Source of the DNA: Planctomycetota bacterium
Lineage (GTDB): Bacteria; Planctomycetota; Brocadiia; JAADGH01
Reading direction: 5' to 3'
Length of the DNA stretch: 64,000 nt
Assembly: GCA_040755855.1 (NCBI GenBank)
Contig: JBFMAD010000005.1
Location: 96,001 to 160,000, forward strand
The notes under the pieces were generated by a model. The model saw only the letters and a list, made by a program, of their open reading frames with translations, had not been told where the DNA came from and made no database searches. Shown one piece after another: positions 18,161-28,084 of the stretch. The translations under genes were made by a program, and so were the position numbers. Numbering within the stretch: position 1 is the stretch's first letter; each line of letters opens with the position of its first letter.

Positions 18161-20860
18161 CTATTTGTCCTCGAAAGAAATTTCGTACCAGAGCGTTTGG
18201 TGACGCGGGTCAATGTCGAAGACCAGGCTCCTGGCCTTCATCGCAGAAGCTACGTTACCCTTTGGCTTGCCTGCTGGGTCAAGCGCAAAAACGCGGGCGG
18301 CGCGTCCGCCGCAGGCCAGGGAAACGACGCCCCCCACGCCCTCCGCGATCGTCGGCTCCTTGCCCCATTGCCGGCCCACCGTTGTGCGCTTCTCATCCCA
18401 TACCATGTCGGTATTCTCGATATTGGATACGGCGACTAATAGCAGCCGCGACGACTTCTCCACGGGCTTGCCGTCAATGGATGTCAGGGCCACGACGGCG
18501 AAGTTTTTGAACGTGGGGTGGACGGCCACGCGCAGCGCTCCCAGGTCCACGGCTCTGCCGCCGATGAACCCGACGGCCGCCTTCGTCGCAGGCGCGTTGA
18601 CCGCATAGAGTTCCGCGCCCCCTTCACGGAGGTCCCAGTCAATCTCGCCCGTGTCGCTGACAAAGCGCTTAGGCGCCTCCTCCTCCGCCGGTTTGCCGAT
18701 CTGAAACGGCATCGAGGCGATCCCTACGAATGCATCGAGCAGCGCGTGCACTGGAGACGGAGGCCCGGCCTGGATGGTCCCAGGCATGTCAGAGAAGGCG
18801 ACGGAAAGCCGCCGCTTGATGGCCTCAGTGCGCTGAACGCCGGCGCCTTCCCACGCCTTCGAAAATTCCGACTTGGCATCCATCAGGTGAGGGAGAATCT
18901 GAGTACGGGGCACGGACAGGCGGGTCTCGTTCTGCGCGGGCGACACATCGCCCCGGCGGAACATCGCCGCGCCGATGGGCATCAGCATGACTTTCGAGGG
19001 GTTGGTGTCAATATCGAAGTAACTGTTTATCTTTTTAATATCCCACTCGTCGTGCCGATGGCTGTAGGTGAAGAGAAAGAGCCCGTCCCAGTCCTGGTGG
19101 GCCGCAAAGGACGCCAGCATCGGCACGCACTCGGCGGCGTGGTCGTTCGGAGCGGGATGATTGTATTCGCTTACCGTGTAGGGCCTTTCGGCGTAGCGGT
19201 ACTGAGCAAGGCGCGTGAGCGTGTCCTTGCCCGGGGCGCAGACCATTGAGGTGTTCGGGATATTCCAGTTGTTTCCGTCCCACGGCTTGCCGGGGAAGTG
19301 TGGGTGCTGCCAGTAGGCGTGGACGTCGAAGAAGTCCAGCCGAGATTCGCGGAGAACGCCCGCCAGGCCGCCGTAGGTGGCCTGCGTGTCCACCACATGG
19401 GCGCGGAGGCCAAGGTCCTTCTTCAGGTAATTGTAGATGCCGAGGGTATAGCGCTTCTCCAACTCAATGAGGAATTCGAGGTAGTCCCGCCACATGCCGT
19501 CGGACGTTCGGGCCAGGGGGCGGGTGATATTCCCCTTTTCGATGGAGCAGGTCTTATCGAGGCCGATGAAGCCGCCTTTCTGTAGTTTAACATCGGCGAA
19601 CCAGTATTCGCCCGGCTCATTCAGCAAGGAGAAGCCCAGGCGATTGCCCTCCTTCTCAGCCTTCTCGGCGGTGAAGACGTAGGTAAACGATTGCCATGTT
19701 TCATCGAGCTTGATCGGCTGATTCAGGCCGATGTTCGTCCACGGCTCGTGATCCAAGCGCGCGTTGACGTGGATGGCTCGCGGCTTGTCGGCCTTTGCCC
19801 GGAACGTAACGGTGTAGGGCTGACCGTTGATGAAGTTCAAGCCCACTTGATGGAACTGGAAGCTCCAGCTCACCGGGCCGGGCTTGGCGATCTTGGCATG
19901 GAAGCAGGGCTTCCCGTCGGGTCCGCCGGCGACGGATTTCATCTCGGCCTGGCCCGGCTCGTGGATTTCGAGGTTCCATCCCTCCGTACCTTTGACGAAG
20001 TCGCCGTTCGCGAGCATCTGCGGGCCGAGGGGTTCGTCCATCTCGTCCCACACCTTGCGGAGTTGCGGCGTGTCGGCGTATTTCTGCTTCAGCCAATCGC
20101 GCCACATGGCGTCCAGTTGATTTCCAAAGTAGTCGGGCATCGGCTCCAGTTGATTTCCGAGGGCGTGGCCGATGAGCGAGTTCTCGTTGTTCATCTCGAC
20201 GATGGCAACGCAGGGTTCATCCACGTAGCGCGTCTTGGTGTAAGGGTTTGTATGGGTAAGCAGATCGCGCGCATAGTTCTTCTGCAGCTCGATCATCCGC
20301 GGCTCGAAGTTATCGAGGCCCTTGTTGTAGCGGTGGGCGCGGCTCTCGGACTTGGCCGGGAAGCCATCCGCCTCGCCCAACTCGCGGGAGACGTGGAGGT
20401 TGATGTCGGCATAGATGCCATTCAGCTTGAGCTGGTAGATGAGGTAGTCCAGCTTGTCGAGCTGCTCCGGGTCTATGTGCTGCTTGTCCGTGTAGTTCTT
20501 GTCCCAGATGCCCTTCGGCGCGTACTGGGAGTCCATGTGATGGAACCGGACGCAGTTGATCCCCAGTTTTGCCATGCGCTTGGCCACCTTCTCCGCATCG
20601 GCATGGGTGGGGAAACACGCGCCGAAGCAGAGGTTTGTGGCGAAGAAGCGGAGGCGCTTCCCCGCGCCGTCCACGAAATGCCCATCCTTGATGGCGACGA
20701 AGCCGTGCTTGCCCGCCGGTTTCTCGTTCATCCAGGACATGTCCACGACGGTCTGGCTGTCGTCGAGGGCGGGGACGGGGAAGGGGAACTTCTTGTCGGC
20801 GCCGACGACCGCTCCGACTACCGACAGAAGGAACAAGACCACCAGAAGGAATCTAACCAT
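18161..20860 (-). CDS. Secreted GH5-like (clan GH-A) glycoside hydrolase with inserted CBM4/9-like domain
   Basis: Signal peptide; GINCVRFHH, IVEMNNEN (acid/base), YTVSEYN (nucleophile) and a CBM segment LANGDF..YWFADV. Confidence 0.8.
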   Translation of the reverse strand: MVRFLLVVLFLLSVVGAVVGADKKFPFPVPALDDSQTVVDMSWMNEKPAGKHGFVAIKDGHFVDGAGKRLRFFATNLCFGACFPTHADAEKVAKRMAKLGINCVRFHHMDSQYAPKGIWDKNYTDKQHIDPEQLDKLDYLIYQLKLNGIYADINLHVSRELGEADGFPAKSESRAHRYNKGLDNFEPRMIELQKNYARDLLTHTNPYTKTRYVDEPCVAIVEMNNENSLIGHALGNQLEPMPDYFGNQLDAMWRDWLKQKYADTPQLRKVWDEMDEPLGPQMLANGDFVKGTEGWNLEIHEPGQAEMKSVAGGPDGKPCFHAKIAKPGPVSWSFQFHQVGLNFINGQPYTVTFRAKADKPRAIHVNARLDHEPWTNIGLNQPIKLDETWQSFTYVFTAEKAEKEGNRLGFSLLNEPGEYWFADVKLQKGGFIGLDKTCSIEKGNITRPLARTSDGMWRDYLEFLIELEKRYTLGIYNYLKKDLGLRAHVVDTQATYGGLAGVLRESRLDFFDVHAYWQHPHFPGKPWDGNNWNIPNTSMVCAPGKDTLTRLAQYRYAERPYTVSEYNHPAPNDHAAECVPMLASFAAHQDWDGLFLFTYSHRHDEWDIKKINSYFDIDTNPSKVMLMPIGAAMFRRGDVSPAQNETRLSVPRTQILPHLMDAKSEFSKAWEGAGVQRTEAIKRRLSVAFSDMPGTIQAGPPSPVHALLDAFVGIASMPFQIGKPAEEEAPKRFVSDTGEIDWDLREGGAELYAVNAPATKAAVGFIGGRAVDLGALRVAVHPTFKNFAVVALTSIDGKPVEKSSRLLLVAVSNIENTDMVWDEKRTTVGRQWGKEPTIAEGVGGVVSLACGGRAARVFALDPAGKPKGNVASAMKARSLVFDIDPRHQTLWYEISFEDK

Positions 20861-20967
20861 ATCGCTCTCCGCAGATAGCCTCATGGTCCGGTTCGCACAC
20901 AGATTCATTCTACCAAACCGGTTTTCTATTTCAAGTGGCAAATGCCGTGGTGGGGCGAGGTCTGGGG

Positions 20968-21567
20968 CTATTTCACCCGGATGATGAAGAACATCTCCTG
21001 GAAGGCCGGACGGTTGTCAACGGCCTTGTCGAGGGCGGGGTCGGTCTCCCCGGCAATCGCCGTGGCGGTGTTCGGGCCGCCTGTGGCGCGGCGGGCGGAG
21101 TCGGCGCGGAGCTCCCACGTGGCGTCCTTGAATCCACGTCCGCGGGCCTTGTAGCTGAGGAGAAAGGGCTGGTCGTGCGTGCCGATTTCGGCCGTAAGGT
21201 TTGAGGAACCGTGGGTGTGCGATAGGTCGAGCTGGTCTGCGCCGCCGGTCCCGAGGTCGGTGATCTTGCCGTCGTCCGGTTGGGCGCCTTTGACGAAGCG
21301 ATCCCGCAGGTCCGGTTTCTTCCCCTTGAGCACAGCCCCCTCAGTCGTGGGGGACTGGCCATCGCACAGCTCAAAGCTCGGCGGGATCTCATCCTTCGCT
21401 CCCCACCACATGATGACGCCGCCGACGGGGATATCAACGTATCGTCCCTCTTGAGGTTTGCTTGCCGCAGGACGGGTGCTATCGCCTGATTTCCCGCAGC
21501 CGGAAAGTCCGGGTACAAGGACCAGGAGAAGGAACAGGGCAAGTATGACAAGCATAGGGCGTTTCAT
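20968..21567 (-). CDS. Lipoprotein with phage tail-collar-like domain
   Basis: Lipobox LSGC; IPVGGVIMWWG..IPPSFELCDG..PDLRDRFVKGA; HTH motif; C-terminal NRPAFQEMFFIIRVK. Confidence 0.75.
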   Translation of the reverse strand: MKRPMLVILALFLLLVLVPGLSGCGKSGDSTRPAASKPQEGRYVDIPVGGVIMWWGAKDEIPPSFELCDGQSPTTEGAVLKGKKPDLRDRFVKGAQPDDGKITDLGTGGADQLDLSHTHGSSNLTAEIGTHDQPFLLSYKARGRGFKDATWELRADSARRATGGPNTATAIAGETDPALDKAVDNRPAFQEMFFIIRVK

Positions 21568-21676
21568 GGCGATGATCCTGGACTCCTTCGTTAAATTCCA
21601 TGACCCTCGCTCATTCTATGTGCGTGCTGGTTGAAAGTCAATCGTCTCGTCGTCGTGAATGTGTCCGCGATTCCCA

Positions 21677-21704
21677 TTGACTCGCCACGCTGCCCCGCTA
21701 TAAT
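21677..21704 (+). promoter_or_regulatory. Sigma70-type promoter for the URO-D-family gene
   Basis: TTGACT-16 nt-TATAAT followed by an AAGGAG RBS. Confidence 0.55.
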
Positions 21705-21734
21705 CAGCCGAGATTACATCCGACTGAAAAGGAG

Positions 21735-22823
21735 ATGCGAATGAAACCCATGACCATGCGGGAGCGGATGTTGGCGGTAGTGCAGGGGCGGGAGCACGAC
21801 CGCGTGCCCTTTGTGCAGTACTCAGGCATCGCCGCGCCGAACGAGGAGGTGTGGGCGGTCATCGGACGCGAGAACATGGGTCTCCTGCAGTGGTGCGGCG
21901 TGCACGGCTTCGCGCACCCCAACTGCCGATGGGAGCAGAAAGACATCGTCAGCGACGGGAAGCAGGGCAAGATACGAACGCTGCACACACCGGAGGGATC
22001 GCTTACCGAGGAGAGCGTGAACGCGGCCATCGGGGCGGCGAGGCGGAAGCATTTTGTCTGCGAGCCGAAAGACTATAGGATTCTTCTTTCCTACTTCCGA
22101 GACATCACAGTCCGCAAGATCACGGAAGGCTGGCAAAAGGCATACGCGCAACTGGGCGACGACGGCATTCCCCACACGAGCATCGGGCGGTCGCCGTATC
22201 AACAGCTCTGGGTCGAGTGGGTGAGCTTGGAGGACCTATCGCTGCACATGGTGGACGTCCCGGAACTGATGGAGGAGGTCTTTGCTGTGATGTTCGACGT
22301 GCAGCGGCGGTTGCTGAGGGTCGTCCAGGAGGCAGCGAGGGAGCTGCCGATACCGTACGTGAACTACGCCGACAACATCACCGCCCCGACGATCGGCCTG
22401 ACGAACTTCAAGAAGTATTGCGTGCCCCTGTACAACGAACTGGCCGACCTGCTCGCCGAGACGGGCAAGGACATCCCTGTGGCGGTGCACATGGACGGCG
22501 ACCTGAAGCCTCTGTGGGGGGCCATCGGGGAGTCGAAGGTGCGCCTGCTCGATTCCCTCTCTCCGCCGCCGGACAACGACACGAGCATCGCCGACGCCGT
22601 GCGGGTGTGGCCGGAGATGCGGCTGTGCCTCAACTTCCCGTCGTCCATACACTTGGCCGAGCCGGACGGGATATACAGGGCGGCGATGGAGATTCTGGAG
22701 CAGGGGGGACGGACGGGTCGCTTGCAGATTCAGATCTCCGAGAACGTCCCGCCGGGCAGTTGGCGCAAGAGCTACCCTCAGATTGTGAGGGCCATCCGGG
22801 ACTTCGGCGCATCAGGGGCTTGA
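21735..22823 (+). CDS. Uroporphyrinogen decarboxylase / MtaA-like family protein
   Basis: MTMRERMLAVVQGREHDRVP, FKKYCVPLY, VAVHMDG. Confidence 0.75.
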   Translation: MRMKPMTMRERMLAVVQGREHDRVPFVQYSGIAAPNEEVWAVIGRENMGLLQWCGVHGFAHPNCRWEQKDIVSDGKQGKIRTLHTPEGSLTEESVNAAIGAARRKHFVCEPKDYRILLSYFRDITVRKITEGWQKAYAQLGDDGIPHTSIGRSPYQQLWVEWVSLEDLSLHMVDVPELMEEVFAVMFDVQRRLLRVVQEAARELPIPYVNYADNITAPTIGLTNFKKYCVPLYNELADLLAETGKDIPVAVHMDGDLKPLWGAIGESKVRLLDSLSPPPDNDTSIADAVRVWPEMRLCLNFPSSIHLAEPDGIYRAAMEILEQGGRTGRLQIQISENVPPGSWRKSYPQIVRAIRDFGASGA

Positions 22824-22913
22824 CACGGGGCGTGCCAGGGGTTATACCTTTTTGCTTCAATTGACAGGGGGGACGGGCGCAGAGCGCATGGAATGATTGA
22901 GGAGGATGCCTGA

Positions 22914-23963
22914 ATGGCAAAAAAGAAGGTGATGCGTTTCGGAGTTATTGGGTGCGGCGGGGCAGGCCGGGCGCGGGCGATTGGCATGGCCAAGGACCCG
23001 ACCGTGAAGGTCGTGGCCGGGAACGACACGGTTCCCGAGAATGTCAAGAAACTGTCCGATGGTCTCGGATACGAGGTTCGGCCCTTCATCGGTCCCGACG
23101 CCTACAAGGAAATGGTTGACAATACGGACCTCGATGCGGTCGGCGTGTTCTCTCCGCACACGCTCCATTTCGACCACGCCATGTATGCCCTGTCGAAGGG
23201 GAAGCATGTGCTGATCGAGAAGCCGATGGTCTGCGGCGTGGGACCGGCGATCAAGTCGGCGAAGTTCGCCGAGAAGAAGGGCCTGGTTTACCTGATCCAT
23301 TACCAGCGCCACTACGAGGCGAAGTATGTCACCGCTCGGGAACTGATCCAGAAGGGCGAGATCGGCGACGTGAAGTCGTTCTATGTTTACATGGCGCAGG
23401 ACTGGCCCGCGCCCTCGTGGCGGGGCGACCCGAAGTACTCCGGCGGCGGACAGCTCAACGACTCCGGCAGCCACTACCAGGACATCCTGCTCTGGATGAC
23501 GGGCCTCCTGCCGAAGAGCGCCGTGGGCAGCCTGGACTACATCTATCGCGGCGAGAAGAAGCAAGTCGAGATCAACGGGTCGTTCAGCGTCGAACTGTCC
23601 AACGGGGCGGTCGGTCGTCTCATCATTATCGGAGACTACATCCGGGGTATGGTGGACGACGTCCGAATCCTGGGCAGCAAGGCGAACCTGCTCTTTACCG
23701 GTCCGAACCTGGTCCTGCACCCGCACGGCGGCCAGCCGCAGCCGATTGAACCGAAGCTGCCGGAAGGCTACCCCACCAGTCCGGGAGACAACTTCACCAA
23801 GCTCGTCCTCGGCCAGACGAAGACGAACCACGTGGACGCCATCTTCGGTGCGCGCGTCGCGCTCTTGACCGACACGATCCTTCGGGCTGGCAAGTCGGCC
23901 CGTCGGGTGACCTGCGAGAGCCTCCTCAAGCGGGCTAAGTTCAGCGAGAAGGACCTGGTGTAA
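22914..23963 (+). CDS. Gfo/Idh/MocA family oxidoreductase
   Basis: GVIGCGGAG, GKHVLIEKPM, SGGGQLNDSGSHYQD. Confidence 0.92.
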   Translation: MAKKKVMRFGVIGCGGAGRARAIGMAKDPTVKVVAGNDTVPENVKKLSDGLGYEVRPFIGPDAYKEMVDNTDLDAVGVFSPHTLHFDHAMYALSKGKHVLIEKPMVCGVGPAIKSAKFAEKKGLVYLIHYQRHYEAKYVTARELIQKGEIGDVKSFYVYMAQDWPAPSWRGDPKYSGGGQLNDSGSHYQDILLWMTGLLPKSAVGSLDYIYRGEKKQVEINGSFSVELSNGAVGRLIIIGDYIRGMVDDVRILGSKANLLFTGPNLVLHPHGGQPQPIEPKLPEGYPTSPGDNFTKLVLGQTKTNHVDAIFGARVALLTDTILRAGKSARRVTCESLLKRAKFSEKDLV

Positions 23964-23980
23964 GCGACTGTATCGAACTG

Positions 23981-24013
23981 GAAAAGCGCCTGCCTCCCTG
24001 GCAGGCGCTTTTC
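23981..24013. terminator. Bidirectional intrinsic terminator
   Basis: GAAAAGCGCCTGCC-TCCCT-GGCAGGCGCTTTTC between convergent genes. Confidence 0.85.
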
Positions 24014-24027
24014 GTTTGCGCGGCGGC

Positions 24028-25608
24028 TTACGGCCCCAGTCGCTCCACGTCAATGTATAGCGCCGTCAGGGGAGGCGCGTCGTGGATGTAGAGGAGCCGC
24101 CCCGGGGCGATCTCGCGGATCGTGGTGTAGTTGAAGCCCGGAACGTCCGTGATGACGCGGTGATGGGACCACGTCATGCCCTTGTCCGTGCTGAACATGA
24201 TGCAGCTCCCCGGCCGACCGTAGCTGCACGCCAGGACGCCGTTGCTCATCCAAACTAGGTCGGCGTCCACGCTGCCTTCCTCAAGAGTCGCCGGTTCGCT
24301 CCACGTCTTGCCGCCGTCGTTTGAGCGGACCTGATGGAAAGGTTTCATCGTGCCCTGGCGGAGGATGGCGACCATATCGGTGTCCGACAGGCGGGCGACG
24401 GCGGGTTCGTGGCCGGCGCCGATGTTCGAGAACAGTTTCCATGTCAGCCCGCGGTCCGTCGTCTGCAGAAGTCGCGCGTGTTGCTTGCTGTCATAGACGA
24501 CGGCGAGGATTGTGTTGTTCCCGATGTCGAAGATATGCCGGTCGAGAACCATGATCTTCCATGTGTCCTTGGGCGCGGCGATGTTGTTCTCGATCATCGT
24601 GAACGTCTCGGCCTTCGGGTCCATGTGGAACGTCATGCCGACGTGCTTCCCCTCCTCGTATTGGACGTTCCACCGGGAGACGCCGAGGATCGCGCCGTCG
24701 GCAAGGCGGATCATCGGCTGGGGGACAAAGGTTTTTTTCTGCAGCCCCTCGACAGGCGTCCACGTCTTCCCCTGATCGGTGGACTTTAGGATGCCGTACG
24801 GCTCGTAGTACTTGTCCGGTCCCTGTGCGACGCTCATCAGAAGCAGGCCGCCGCCCATGTCATACAGATAGGGGCGGGTGGATCGGACGATGCCGGGTTT
24901 GAGAATCTGCCACGGCTCGCCTATCGTGATCTTAAGGGACTCATCCTGCGTCGCGGGCTTCGCGGGCCGCACGCCGAGCCTCACATAATCCCACAACGAC
25001 TCGCCCATGAAGGATTTTGAGCAGGAACCGAATTGAATGAAGGGCTTTCCGTCGAGGGCCGGCTTCCAGAAGGCGTCCTTCCCGCGAATCTTCATCTCGC
25101 CGTCCACGAGGACGCTCATATCTGTGCCGCGGATGACAAGCCGATAGACATGGAAGCCTTTCACCGTGTCCATCAGATAGGATCGGTCCATGAAGGTGCT
25201 GACGCGGCCGGGAATGAGGGATAGTCCTTCCTGATGCAGCCCGTCGCTGACGAGGATGCTGATGGGCGAGCCGTCGCGCCAGGGCCAATGGGTGGTTCCC
25301 CCGCGCCATGCCTTGACGGACTTCACCTGCACGCGCGCCTCGACGATGATCTCCTGGTCGGGCTTTGCGTCCCACACGGCGCGGTAGCAGCACATGTCGT
25401 CGGCCGTCTCCTCCGCGATGCGGAGCACACCGTCGGCAATCTCGGCCTTGGCGGCCTCGCCGCCCTGGCGGGTCCACTGCGCAGGATCAGGCAGGGCGTC
25501 GGCCTGATACTCGATAAGCCAGTTCACATCGTCGGCGCAAATGCTTGCAGTGCAACACGCAAGAGCAAGAACGAAAACCACTGATAGGTTCTCAAGTGTA
25601 AGGTCCAT
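24028..25608 (-). CDS. Secreted sialidase-like BNR/Asp-box protein with N-terminal lectin-like domain
   Basis: Asp boxes STDQGKTW, TTDRGLTW, SNDGGKTW, STDKGMTW; signal peptide. Confidence 0.8.
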   Translation of the reverse strand: MDLTLENLSVVFVLALACCTASICADDVNWLIEYQADALPDPAQWTRQGGEAAKAEIADGVLRIAEETADDMCCYRAVWDAKPDQEIIVEARVQVKSVKAWRGGTTHWPWRDGSPISILVSDGLHQEGLSLIPGRVSTFMDRSYLMDTVKGFHVYRLVIRGTDMSVLVDGEMKIRGKDAFWKPALDGKPFIQFGSCSKSFMGESLWDYVRLGVRPAKPATQDESLKITIGEPWQILKPGIVRSTRPYLYDMGGGLLLMSVAQGPDKYYEPYGILKSTDQGKTWTPVEGLQKKTFVPQPMIRLADGAILGVSRWNVQYEEGKHVGMTFHMDPKAETFTMIENNIAAPKDTWKIMVLDRHIFDIGNNTILAVVYDSKQHARLLQTTDRGLTWKLFSNIGAGHEPAVARLSDTDMVAILRQGTMKPFHQVRSNDGGKTWSEPATLEEGSVDADLVWMSNGVLACSYGRPGSCIMFSTDKGMTWSHHRVITDVPGFNYTTIREIAPGRLLYIHDAPPLTALYIDVERLGP

Positions 25609-25620
25609 TTCAGGATTTCC

Positions 25621-26379
25621 TCATTGCGCATGAACGAGTTCATCCAGCTCTTTCTTGAGGATATTGTCCATCGGAAACGCGCTGCCTCGGTGCTGGCGGA
25701 AGCCCTCGGCGAACTCGACTCCGATCTCGCGTCCGCGCCTGGCCGAACGCTCCTTCATGGCGTCCATGTATTCGATGTTGTGGTGCTTCCTGAGCCAGTC
25801 CTGTTGACTCTGGTGGCAGCTCAGCATCCGCTCTTTCTTCTTGAATACCGAAGTAATATCCACATAGATGCTCGGCTTGATCGCGTTGCCGAGGATGTCA
25901 ATCCCGCCGGCGGGGTCGCAGTAGTAGAGATGGGGGACCGGCTCGAAGGCCTTCGCCTCGCCGGTGTCCACGTTCACCACCCCCGCCGTGAAGCAGGCCG
26001 TCTGGACGACCTTGCTCGTGATCTCGTGGTCCTGCATGTAATCGCTTGGGCTGGGCGCGAAGACGATGGCGGGCTGAACCTCCCGCACGAGCATCATGGC
26101 CCGCAGGAGCGTCGGGCGATCATAGAGGATGAACACGTCGTCGCACCAGAGGCAGTGATATTTGCCCTTGAGCATGGCGGCGGATTTCGCCGCCTCTTCA
26201 GTGCGAATCCGGCTGATTTCCTCGCGCGAATATTCCTTCGTGCCGCCGTCGCCGGGGGTCATGGTGGCGATGTGGATCTCCCACCCCTTCTCGGCCAGCA
26301 GGGCCAGCGTGCCCGCGCAGGTGAACTCCGCATCGTCGGGATGGGCTTGAAGGCTCAGCGCCGCCTTTCGATTGCTCAT
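25621..26379 (-). CDS. PIG-L family N-deacetylase
   Basis: AHPDDAE, DYMQDH, HQSQ, AEGF. Confidence 0.92.
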   Translation of the reverse strand: MSNRKAALSLQAHPDDAEFTCAGTLALLAEKGWEIHIATMTPGDGGTKEYSREEISRIRTEEAAKSAAMLKGKYHCLWCDDVFILYDRPTLLRAMMLVREVQPAIVFAPSPSDYMQDHEITSKVVQTACFTAGVVNVDTGEAKAFEPVPHLYYCDPAGGIDILGNAIKPSIYVDITSVFKKKERMLSCHQSQQDWLRKHHNIEYMDAMKERSARRGREIGVEFAEGFRQHRGSAFPMDNILKKELDELVHAQ

Positions 26380-26398
26380 GCTTCATCAACTCCTTCGA

Positions 26399-28081
26399 TC
26401 ATTTGGCGGCAGGCGCTCGCAGGTCAAAACGTCCGCGGCCGCCGCTGATTCGCATTGATGCGCGGACGGTTTGGGTCCCCTTGGGGGGATCGAGACGGAT
26501 AGTGTACGCCTGCCATTTCGCTGTCCGCCCAATTGCAATCGAGACCTTCTGGTCCCTACGGTATCGCAAACCGCGCGGGCCGTAGTAGAAGATGGTCACT
26601 CGCGCCTGCAATGCCCCCTTCTGCGATCGCGGCGAAAAACGCCAAGCCAACAGGAGCGTCTTGCGTTTTCCCATCCTCATGCGGGGACAGGCGAGGTGCA
26701 CGGACGAATCCTTTTTCAGGAAGTTCATCCGAAGTATCTCCTCCCTCTTTTCTTTTTCGGATGAGAAACGAACATTGACTGCCGGGACCCACTGAAAGCC
26801 GCCGCGAAAGGCGGTTCCTTCGTACTCTGGAAATGGCAGCCGATGGTCTGGTTGCTCGACGAAACCGCCGGCGTCAATCGCATCTGTATGCGCCGTCAGC
26901 ACCTTGTGGATCGCCTTCCCGATGGAGGCGCCGTAGGCGAGATATTCCACACGGGTCAGCACGCGGTCATCCCTCGTGAGCGCATAGCTCACCTCATTCG
27001 TTATGGTCAGGATGCCCGTGGCGAGATAGACGCCGCCTGTCGAGGTCGTCTCCGACTCATCGCCCATGTACCGGGGCTCCTCGACGTCTTTTGGATCAAG
27101 GCGGGATCGCCTCGGGCTGAGGTCAACCAGGGCCTGGCCGTACTCGCGGCCGAGGCGGTGCTCCTTCAGGAAGACCTGATGCGGTCCCCCGGCGCCGGGT
27201 GCGTGGTAGTCAAAGAACGCGAGGTTCCGCGCGCCCATGGCCAGCACCTCGCGGAGGATATGGCCCACCTCGGGCCGCGGCGTGTCCTCGATGTAGGCGC
27301 GGTTAAAGTCGAGGGGCGCCCGTTCCTTGCCGTAGTATCCCTCGATCACGCCGTCCAGGTCGGCGAAGGGAACGACGCGGAAGCGGTACCGACTCCGAAG
27401 GTCCCGCGCCCGACGGTCATCGGACAGCAGCCACCGCAGCGTCCCCTCCAGGGCCCAACTCCCTGGCGTCTCGCCGGAGTGGTGGCGGGCGGTGAGCCAG
27501 ATCACCTTCTTGCCACGCGCCGGACCTTCGGTGATTCGCGCATGGGGGATCGCCCTGCCCATCGCCGTCTTGCCGATGATGCCGGGGATCAAGCATCGGT
27601 TGCGACTGAAATCACTGACAAGCTCCTGCCACTCCGCCAGGCCATAGGGAAAACAGTGAGCGACGTATGCTTCATCGGACCCGATACGTGCAGAGAACGA
27701 GAATTGCCCGGTGGTTGAATTATGGGACAGGTCCTTCTTAGGGATGCGCCGCCAGCGCCGCTCGGATGGGCGCATGGTTGGTGGATCGTCCGTCACGACA
27801 GGCCGGACGCGCAGATTTGCGTACGATGATTCGCCGCCGAGGCAGCGATTCGCATTCATCAGGACAAATCGCACCGTCCATCCCTTCGCGCCGCGAATGC
27901 AGAAGTGAAACCACATCGGCAAGGGGCTGCTGTCCCATGGGGCGAGGAATGTGACTACCCCCGGCTCGGGGCTTCGCAACTGGATTCCCGCTCCGGTGTC
28001 GAAGTCGCTCGACAGCTCGACGCTCCATGGCCTTGGGTGTTTGGGTTTACTTCTCACCACACACTCCTTCAGTTGTCCCAT
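26399..28081 (-). CDS. M14 zinc carboxypeptidase (cytosolic-carboxypeptidase-like) with extra C-terminal domain
   Basis: WFHF and FPY N-terminal motifs, ARHHSGE (HxxE), DFNR, FDYH. Confidence 0.8.
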   Translation of the reverse strand: MGQLKECVVRSKPKHPRPWSVELSSDFDTGAGIQLRSPEPGVVTFLAPWDSSPLPMWFHFCIRGAKGWTVRFVLMNANRCLGGESSYANLRVRPVVTDDPPTMRPSERRWRRIPKKDLSHNSTTGQFSFSARIGSDEAYVAHCFPYGLAEWQELVSDFSRNRCLIPGIIGKTAMGRAIPHARITEGPARGKKVIWLTARHHSGETPGSWALEGTLRWLLSDDRRARDLRSRYRFRVVPFADLDGVIEGYYGKERAPLDFNRAYIEDTPRPEVGHILREVLAMGARNLAFFDYHAPGAGGPHQVFLKEHRLGREYGQALVDLSPRRSRLDPKDVEEPRYMGDESETTSTGGVYLATGILTITNEVSYALTRDDRVLTRVEYLAYGASIGKAIHKVLTAHTDAIDAGGFVEQPDHRLPFPEYEGTAFRGGFQWVPAVNVRFSSEKEKREEILRMNFLKKDSSVHLACPRMRMGKRKTLLLAWRFSPRSQKGALQARVTIFYYGPRGLRYRRDQKVSIAIGRTAKWQAYTIRLDPPKGTQTVRASMRISGGRGRFDLRAPAAK

Positions 28082-28084
28082 GTG

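Noticed and set aside
20968..21567. Prophage around the tail-collar gene
   Set aside because: No other phage structural, packaging or integration genes nearby.
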